NCBI GenBank assembly: GCA_963698145.1
Contig: CAVOPQ010000001.1
Span: forward strand, 283,385 to 347,384
Length of the DNA: 64,000 bases
DNA from: an uncultured Acidobacteriota bacterium
GTDB taxonomy: Bacteria > Acidobacteriota > Terriglobia > Acidiferrales > UBA7541
Reading direction: 5' to 3'
In this document: positions 58,241 to 64,000 of the stretch, piece after piece
How the letters are laid out: every line of letters begins with the position of its first letter
Position numbering within the stretch: the stretch's first letter is position 1
Notes under the pieces: generated by a model
Database searches by the model: none
The model's input: only the letters and a program-made list of their open reading frames with translations
What the model was told of the DNA's origin: nothing
Position numbers and translations under genes: made by a program

Positions 58241-59007
58241 TTCGCGTTTTCCACCAAAACCTGTTTCACGTTCTTCTTTTGTTGGCGGATGTATTCGAGC
58301 AATCGTCGGCTCGAAAAATAGCTGCGCGGTGCGGGCCTTCCCTCTGGCCCGACGAAGTACGGATCGTCCACGGTGCAACGTTCGAGCAGCATCTTCTGCG
58401 CGGCTGGGGAAAGTGTCGCGGGCTTCCCGTTTCCCAGTGCTCGCGCGGCCAGCGTGAGGATCTCCGTCTTGGACATACCTTCAAGCTGGATGCGGTGAGA
58501 AAATCGCGAAAGCATTTGCTCCAGACGCCGCCGCCTGGCGGGATTCAGGAATTCGCGCAGCAGGCTGTGCGAGCCCGCCAAAATAATTCCAACGCCGCGG
58601 CGTCCGTCGCGGCGAGTCAGGTCGTGAATCTGTCGGATGCCCTCAAGCGCATCGAGTTCAAGATGCTGCGCTTCGTCAAGGATGATGACGGGCAGCTTCG
58701 CGCACGCTTGCAGGTATTTCAGTAGCGCGTAGCGGCAAGCCCAGCGCAGCGTCGAGCGCGTCTCGATGCCTGCGGCCGCGGCGATGCTGCGGTAGAGATG
58801 CCCCTCCGTACAGCGCGGGCCGCAATAGACGTAGATCACCGGCTTGCCCGCCGCGCGGAACTGCTGGCAGAGATTTTCAAGCACGAAGGATTTTTCGGAA
58901 GATGGCGGCCCGTAAACGATGGCGTTGATTCCCTCCTCGATCGCTTCTTCGAGCCGCTCTTCGAGCAGTCGGTAACTCTTCGTCTGCTGTACTTCCGATG
59001 CGTGCAT
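58237..59007 (-). CDS. MuB/TniB-like AAA+ ATPase
   Basis: Walker A-like YGPPSSEKS, Walker B IILDEAQHL, LEGIRQIHD, ILAGS, QMLSR; directly after the transposase. Confidence 0.88.
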   Translation of the reverse strand: MHASEVQQTKSYRLLEERLEEAIEEGINAIVYGPPSSEKSFVLENLCQQFRAAGKPVIYVYCGPRCTEGHLYRSIAAAAGIETRSTLRWACRYALLKYLQACAKLPVIILDEAQHLELDALEGIRQIHDLTRRDGRRGVGIILAGSHSLLREFLNPARRRRLEQMLSRFSHRIQLEGMSKTEILTLAARALGNGKPATLSPAAQKMLLERCTVDDPYFVGPEGRPAPRSYFSSRRLLEYIRQQKKNVKQVLVENAK

Positions 59008-59008
59008 T

Positions 59009-61171
59009 TCAGCCCTCCTGCCCCACTCCGTCCATGAAATGTTTGTCCTCTGCCACTGCATCTGAAACGATGGCAGGCTGGACAACGCGCTTTGCGCGTG
59101 GCGCGGATTCTCTGCGAGCCCCTGGCGCTGCATCGGCCAGCAAACGGCCATCCGTTCCGGTCCACGCGAGTGCGCGTCCCATGCGCTCTTCGCTTTCCGG
59201 CCGTCTTCCGCGCGCCGTGTGATAAGTGGCAATGGCGGCCAGTCCATCGGCATAGATGCGTTGCAGCGTGCGTTGCCGCTTCATTCCTGCCTTAATTTGA
59301 TCCTGGGTGAACCGCCCACCGGGACATTGCTCCACGAACGGCTGAACGTGCAGCGTGCCGACGTAGCGACCGCGTTCATCGAGGGCAACGGCTTCCCCGA
59401 AGTTGTATGGATCGCGCAGAATCCTTGCACGCTGGCCGATCAAAAGGTCCAACGCGCCGAGACTCTCATCATCCGGTTCATAGCGCATTCTGTTGAGCTC
59501 GACGCATCCGCCTGCGAGCACCATGCGCTCATCTTTTTGGGAAAGAAGGATGTTAAGGCTCAGCTCGTCCACCGTGCGGCGGCTATCCGGCGGATATTGC
59601 TCATCGAACACTTCGTCGGGCGTTTTTCCATCGAGACAATCGAGATGCTCTGTCGCGTTGTAGTCGTCGATGTACTTGACGACGCCTTCGAAAAATATCC
59701 GGTCCGTGGGAAGCGGGCTGTCGTCCCGTTTACCAGCGAGATACTTCGCATGCTGTCTCTGAGCTTCGCGGCACTCAGGGCGGCAATTCTCCGGTTTGTT
59801 GCCCGCGTAGGCCGGGCCCCAGGTTGGATCGAAGCGCTTCGACCAGCGCGCGAACCATGATTCGATCGGTTTCGAACGCGGATGATACGGCAACGCTGAA
59901 GTGACCTTAACGCCATTCGCGGAAAGCAATCCGCGAAGCTCTGGCTGCATGTCGAGCTGCGCGTGCGCGAGCTCGCGCCTCATCTTCCGGTAGTCCTTGC
60001 CACAGTCCCAATAGAGATTCCGTGGAAAGCCGAACTGCCGTGCCGCCATCCGCAGCGACGAGCCGATCGTCGCGGAACTCGGCGATGGAGCCAGACAAAA
60101 GCCGATTATCTTCCGCGAGCCCCAATCGTAGAACGCCGTGAGCCAGGGCCGATACATCTGATCCCAGTTGAGATGATCGAACAGGTTATTGCGGACAAAA
60201 TCATCAAACTGCCTGTGGTCTGAAACTCCCCATTCCATGACAGGAGGCGCTTTGCGCAGGATGAACGGCGCGCATCGGCTCAAATACTTTTCAGCTCCCT
60301 CGCGCGCCAATGTGCGCGGTCCTTCCGGAATCTGATTCAGGAAGCGGCGGGTGGTCGCAGAACTCTTCGGCGGTTTCTGTGAGCGCTTTCTACATTCACG
60401 GACGACAGCCTCGTGAGCGAGCTGCATCGAGAGCGCTTCGTTTAGAAATTTTTGTTGCGCAAGGAAAGCTAGGTCAGGATTGGACTCGTAGAAGCGTGAT
60501 TTTCCTTCGTCGCTTCTAATTTTTCTCGCGAGCCCGGCATAGCCGCCAGCCTTCTTTCTTTTTTTCCCGCCGGTGAGACATTCGAGCTTGCGGAAGACCG
60601 TCCGCCCACTCCTCTTCGGACTCATCTGCGCGCCGACATACTCGGCAATGTCTTCCTTGGTTTCGATGACCTTGCCGTCTGGCAGGCGAAGAGGTTTCCC
60701 GTTCTTCGCGCGGTCTAACAGGTCATTGACCTGCGCGATGGCGTCGAGCCACTTATCGGCTTCCTTGCGCTCTTCCTCATCGAGTTGCAGCCGGACCGGC
60801 TCGGGAACTTGCGGTAAAGCGGCAAAGAGAGGAAGAGTTGGTCCTGCGAAAGGGATGATCGCGGAACTGGCCTCCGTTTCCAAAGCGAACTTGGCCTGCG
60901 CGTCGGCGGGAAAAGAACTCAGCAGATACTCATCAGCGTTAACGCCATTGCGCCCGCCCGACTCGGATGGTTTCGCCGTGATCTTCCCGGCCCGAACTTG
61001 CATCCGCAGCCATTCGTAGGTCTTCCCCGTGATCGCACAAGCTTTCTCCGCCGTGATGCAGACCGCGTTCATCGCCACGGCCCCTTCGAATCTGAGGCCC
61101 GCAATTTGTATTGGAAGGCTCAGCGCCGCGAGGCGCGTCTCGGCTTGTTGGCGCACGCGCTTCCTGCTCAT
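59009..61171 (-). CDS. MuA-like DDE transposase; start at 61171 or 61072
   Basis: WGVSDH...YDWGSRKIIG, FPRNLYWDCGKDY, PRSKPIESWF (DDE), YN...H...TP, C-terminal Mu-type beta domain. Confidence 0.92.
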   Translation of the reverse strand: MSRKRVRQQAETRLAALSLPIQIAGLRFEGAVAMNAVCITAEKACAITGKTYEWLRMQVRAGKITAKPSESGGRNGVNADEYLLSSFPADAQAKFALETEASSAIIPFAGPTLPLFAALPQVPEPVRLQLDEEERKEADKWLDAIAQVNDLLDRAKNGKPLRLPDGKVIETKEDIAEYVGAQMSPKRSGRTVFRKLECLTGGKKRKKAGGYAGLARKIRSDEGKSRFYESNPDLAFLAQQKFLNEALSMQLAHEAVVRECRKRSQKPPKSSATTRRFLNQIPEGPRTLAREGAEKYLSRCAPFILRKAPPVMEWGVSDHRQFDDFVRNNLFDHLNWDQMYRPWLTAFYDWGSRKIIGFCLAPSPSSATIGSSLRMAARQFGFPRNLYWDCGKDYRKMRRELAHAQLDMQPELRGLLSANGVKVTSALPYHPRSKPIESWFARWSKRFDPTWGPAYAGNKPENCRPECREAQRQHAKYLAGKRDDSPLPTDRIFFEGVVKYIDDYNATEHLDCLDGKTPDEVFDEQYPPDSRRTVDELSLNILLSQKDERMVLAGGCVELNRMRYEPDDESLGALDLLIGQRARILRDPYNFGEAVALDERGRYVGTLHVQPFVEQCPGGRFTQDQIKAGMKRQRTLQRIYADGLAAIATYHTARGRRPESEERMGRALAWTGTDGRLLADAAPGARRESAPRAKRVVQPAIVSDAVAEDKHFMDGVGQEG

Positions 61172-61722
61172 GGCCGCACCTGCTTCGAACCTGGGGACAA
61201 ATCGCGGTGTTTCTTGGCGACGTGCGCGGGAATCCTCGCGCGAACCAACTCCCGCACCGTGTCGAAGCAAGGACACGCCGAAGCCGCGCCGTAGAGGCGA
61301 GGCCAAAGCTGCGTGAGTTGGCGGTGAATCCAACTGACGGTGTGGCCGTCGAGGAAACTCGTCAGCACAAAAGCCGTGGCCTCGTCGCGCTTGCTGAAGG
61401 CTCGACTCACGTCCTTATCACCGCGCGGGCGGTTGATGAGCCCGGCGTACCCTTCCCGCAAAAATCGCCGGTACCACCGCCAGATGGTTCGCTCCGAGAT
61501 GTGCGCGAGCTGAGCTAGATGGCGGACAAGTTCAGTGAGCGTCGAAAGTTCCCGGCTCGTGGATGTAAGAAAAACTATCTGCTGGCCAAGTGCCATCCGT
61601 GCGGAGAACCTGCCGATCACCAGAACGAGACCGAAACGCGCCTCGGGCGAGAGAATCCTTACGGGGCGTGGACCGTTCCCTTCCCTGCCGGGCTGCTGAG
61701 GCGAATTCGCGTTTTCGGCCAT
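61168..61722 (-). CDS. HTH protein paralogous to the transposase DNA-binding region
   Basis: ISERTIWRWYRRFLREGYAGLINRPRGDKDVSR vs transposase SGRTVFR...GYAGLARKIRSDEGKSR. Confidence 0.8.
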   Translation of the reverse strand: MAENANSPQQPGREGNGPRPVRILSPEARFGLVLVIGRFSARMALGQQIVFLTSTSRELSTLTELVRHLAQLAHISERTIWRWYRRFLREGYAGLINRPRGDKDVSRAFSKRDEATAFVLTSFLDGHTVSWIHRQLTQLWPRLYGAASACPCFDTVRELVRARIPAHVAKKHRDLSPGSKQVRP

Positions 61723-62012
61723 CAGGAGCGCTTTTCTCCTTTTCCGGCTATCCCCCTACTACCTTTTCGATTCACCTCTACTTCGTGCGGGGTGTCACCG
61801 GTGACAGCCCGTCGAAAACGAGCGTCGCCGGAGGATCGCCGACCGCACGTCGGGCATTTCCCCTTGGCCGCGACTGCGCGCTTCGCGCGGAGCTTTTCCA
61901 AGCGCTCCGCCTTCTTGCATTCCACCCCACAGAAAATCCTCCTGAAATCGGGCGAGCCGTCCCTCTTCAGGAGGTCCACGCGGCATCCTTTCCGAATGCA
62001 AACCCTAGGCAT
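61722..62012 (-). CDS. Small basic Cys-rich (zinc-finger-like) protein
   Basis: CIRKGC, FCGVEC, CPTC. Confidence 0.6.
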   Translation of the reverse strand: MPRVCIRKGCRVDLLKRDGSPDFRRIFCGVECKKAERLEKLRAKRAVAAKGKCPTCGRRSSGDARFRRAVTGDTPHEVEVNRKGSRGIAGKGEKRS

Positions 62013-62388
62013 GTTGCGCGCTCCGTTTCGCGTCGGGTTCTTCCAGTTTGAGCAGCTCATCGCAGATACGGCGGAGCTCGCGGACGGTGTCCGCGAGCTC
62101 GACTTGTTTTCGCAAACGCGGACGGGCCAGATGGAGTAAAATCTCGTCGCTGTCCAACGCCTCGCAGAGGGCTCGTAGAAAATAAGCAGGGAGCCTGGCC
62201 GACGATTTGGTTGAGGCGATGTAGGAATCGAGGCGGGTCAAGCTCACGGGCTCGCCAAGAATTTCGCTAAGCCTCTCGGCGAACTGCGGTCTGCTCAGGG
62301 GCGACTTGCGAAGCTTCTCGGCAAGGAAACGACGAAGATCAAGGTCGGCTTCTGCCCTGCGTAGTTTGCGCGGCTGGTCTGAAATCAT
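62005..62388 (-). CDS. Phage transcriptional regulator at the Cro/Ner/CII position
   Basis: LSRPQFAERLSEILGEPVSLTRLDSY HTH-like segment; first gene divergent from the repressor. Confidence 0.7.
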   Translation of the reverse strand: MISDQPRKLRRAEADLDLRRFLAEKLRKSPLSRPQFAERLSEILGEPVSLTRLDSYIASTKSSARLPAYFLRALCEALDSDEILLHLARPRLRKQVELADTVRELRRICDELLKLEEPDAKRSAQHA

Positions 62389-62437
62389 CTCGACCTCAGG
62401 TCTTGACCTCTACTAAAACTGGTTTAGCCTAGCATAT

Positions 62438-63403
62438 ATGCAAGGGAGAGCACAAGTGGGAAAAGTGAAACGGACCAAAAGGGCAACAGTGCCTCGAAAG
62501 TCCCGAAAAAAAAGGCCCCACGCAGAGATCGGGGAAAGACTCAAGGAACTAAGGTCGAAGCTCGTTTCAAAACAAGCGGAGCTCGCAGAGCTTCTCGAAG
62601 TTGACCAGTCGCTGGTCTCGGCTTGGGAGGGCGGAATAGATAAGCCGTCTCCGCAGATGTGGCTTAAGCTTGGAAATGCAGCGGCTGAAAAGGAACTTTC
62701 CGCAGAAGCCCGTTGGTGCTTCGGGGAAGCTGGCATAAAACCTGAAGCCTTGCTCTTCGTTGCCAATCAGCGTCGGAAGGAGCAAACGGCTCCCGCCGAA
62801 GCCAACGAGGTTGCTCCCATTTCACCCAGTCAAAGAGTTCCAGAGCAAGCGGCTTTGCCGCCATTGCGCCTTCCCTCCCGGTGGATTCCGAATGTGGAAA
62901 CTACGCGCTACGTGCTCTTGACTGACCGGTATCGCAATCCACTGTTCAGGGCGGGTGACACTCTGGTGATCGATGAATCGGAGACTAACTGGCTAAAGCT
63001 TTTGGGGGCATGCGTGGCTCTCTATCTCCCTCTTCCGAAAGAGACCGAACCGGTCAGCAAGGCAGAAAAGAATATCGTGGCTGCCGCAGGTCTCAATGCT
63101 GAAAAAGTCGAGTTTACGAGGCAAGGTGGCGTCTCCGCAGCTTGGCTCTTTCGGGGGGCCATCGTGGCGACGGAGGAGCGCGGCGCAGGCGCGCCTGTCT
63201 ATGCGCTGAAACCCTATCGAAGCAGGATTTCTGAGGTGGCCGGTTGGGGAGTGCGTTTTTCCGACAATGGGATGGTCGAGGATTCTACATTCGAAACTTC
63301 TCTTCTCGGCTCAGAAGGAGAGGCTCTCGAAGAGAAGCCAATTATCCTAGGCCGCGTGGTCGCGTGGATTCCGCAAACCGGGTCGGCATCGCCGGAGGTT
63401 TAG
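62438..63403 (+). CDS. XRE-family repressor with degenerate S24-like C-terminus
   Basis: IGERLKELR...QAELAELLEVDQSLVSAWEGG; PLFRAGDTLVID; ILGRVVAW. Confidence 0.8.
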   Translation: MQGRAQVGKVKRTKRATVPRKSRKKRPHAEIGERLKELRSKLVSKQAELAELLEVDQSLVSAWEGGIDKPSPQMWLKLGNAAAEKELSAEARWCFGEAGIKPEALLFVANQRRKEQTAPAEANEVAPISPSQRVPEQAALPPLRLPSRWIPNVETTRYVLLTDRYRNPLFRAGDTLVIDESETNWLKLLGACVALYLPLPKETEPVSKAEKNIVAAAGLNAEKVEFTRQGGVSAAWLFRGAIVATEERGAGAPVYALKPYRSRISEVAGWGVRFSDNGMVEDSTFETSLLGSEGEALEEKPIILGRVVAWIPQTGSASPEV

Positions 63404-63538
63404 AGCCAGATGCGCGTGGCGAAGATTTAGTGTATCGAGGTCGGGACATAGCAAACGAAGCACAAAGCGACCGGGAGCAGAAAAAGAAATGAGGCCGCTC
63501 GTCGCTGGCGAAGTCTGGCTGTGTAGGGAGGAAATGAA

Positions 63539-63724
63539 ATGCCGCTGAAGCAAAAGTTGTACAGCATCTCGGAAGTCAAGAAGCTACTCTCTCTGTCCGC
63601 GAAAGACCTGGGCGTTTTGGTCAAAGACGGCGAGCTGAGGAGCGAGCGCATGATCACCGCCGAGTCGATTCAAGATTACGCCAAGCGGAAGCAGATTGAG
63701 ATCGGGACGGAAACCGAAAGCTAA
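63539..63724 (+). CDS. Small excisionase-like HTH protein
   Basis: LYSISEVKKLLSLS...VKDGELRS...ITAESI; GGAGG RBS. Confidence 0.65.
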   Translation: MPLKQKLYSISEVKKLLSLSAKDLGVLVKDGELRSERMITAESIQDYAKRKQIEIGTETES

Positions 63725-64000
63725 AGAGAGCGTGGGAGGAGGACAGCTGAATTGGGCGAGAGCAACGCAACGCAAGCCACGATGGATAAATTGTTCGGTG
63801 TGAAAGAACCCCGGACCAACATTCAGCGCCCGGCCGGGTATGGAAATGCGGAGCCGGGGCGAAACGAAGTGTACAGCCGGGCACTTTTGGAGGGGCGCGA
63901 GCGCTTTCCGAATGACGGCATCGCGGCGCACAGATTCGCCGAGGCTCAAGCTGCGCGGATTATGCAAGTGCGTGCTTCCGCCGCGAGCGCTCCGCTCCAT

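Larger units (their letters stand above)
54034..64000 (-). mobile_element. Mu-like transposable element; visible end at 54034 or 54153, other end beyond the window
   Basis: Adjacent MuA-like transposase, MuB-like ATPase, GemA-like gene and divergent repressor; repeat-rich TGT-led end. Confidence 0.85.

Noticed and set aside
52445-63403. Fewer indels in mobile elements as evidence of higher copy number or activity
   Set aside because: Several host genes over 1 kb are also intact; cannot be judged without read coverage
63730-64000. Second end or a further gene of the Mu-like element
   Set aside because: Neither end motif is seen and the partial ORFs have no recognisable product

Overview
This is a GC-rich bacterial chromosomal segment, most consistent with Acidobacteriota (inference from the Oar-like TonB receptor, DUF4097 protein and pilin-cluster style). 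Many single-base indels break even essential genes, so frameshifts are read as long-read assembly errors. Bases 1-52.4 kb are mostly housekeeping: dprA-topA-xerC, rplU-rpmA, obgE-nadD-rsfS-(sigma54 activator)-rlmH, cobO-accD-folC-purEK, a minor type IV pilin cluster, hslVU, acyl-CoA carboxylase genes, a SurA-like PPIase and rpmB. From 52.4 kb onward it is accessory: an intact IS256 with an 8-bp target duplication, then a Mu-like transposable element running past the window edge. That element carries a DDE transposase, AAA ATPase, GemA-like protein and repressor switch, but no virion genes between the transposition operon and its visible end. The best leads are (i) this compact Mu-like element, which encodes a stand-alone non-catalytic copy of its transposase DNA-binding region and has two motif families at its end, and (ii) a ~290-bp non-coding module present twice (17.9 kb and 53.8 kb): sigma70 promoter, GTAG-led hairpin/terminator, three 24-bp quasi-palindromes and a G-tract. 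The second copy is flanked by both mobile elements.
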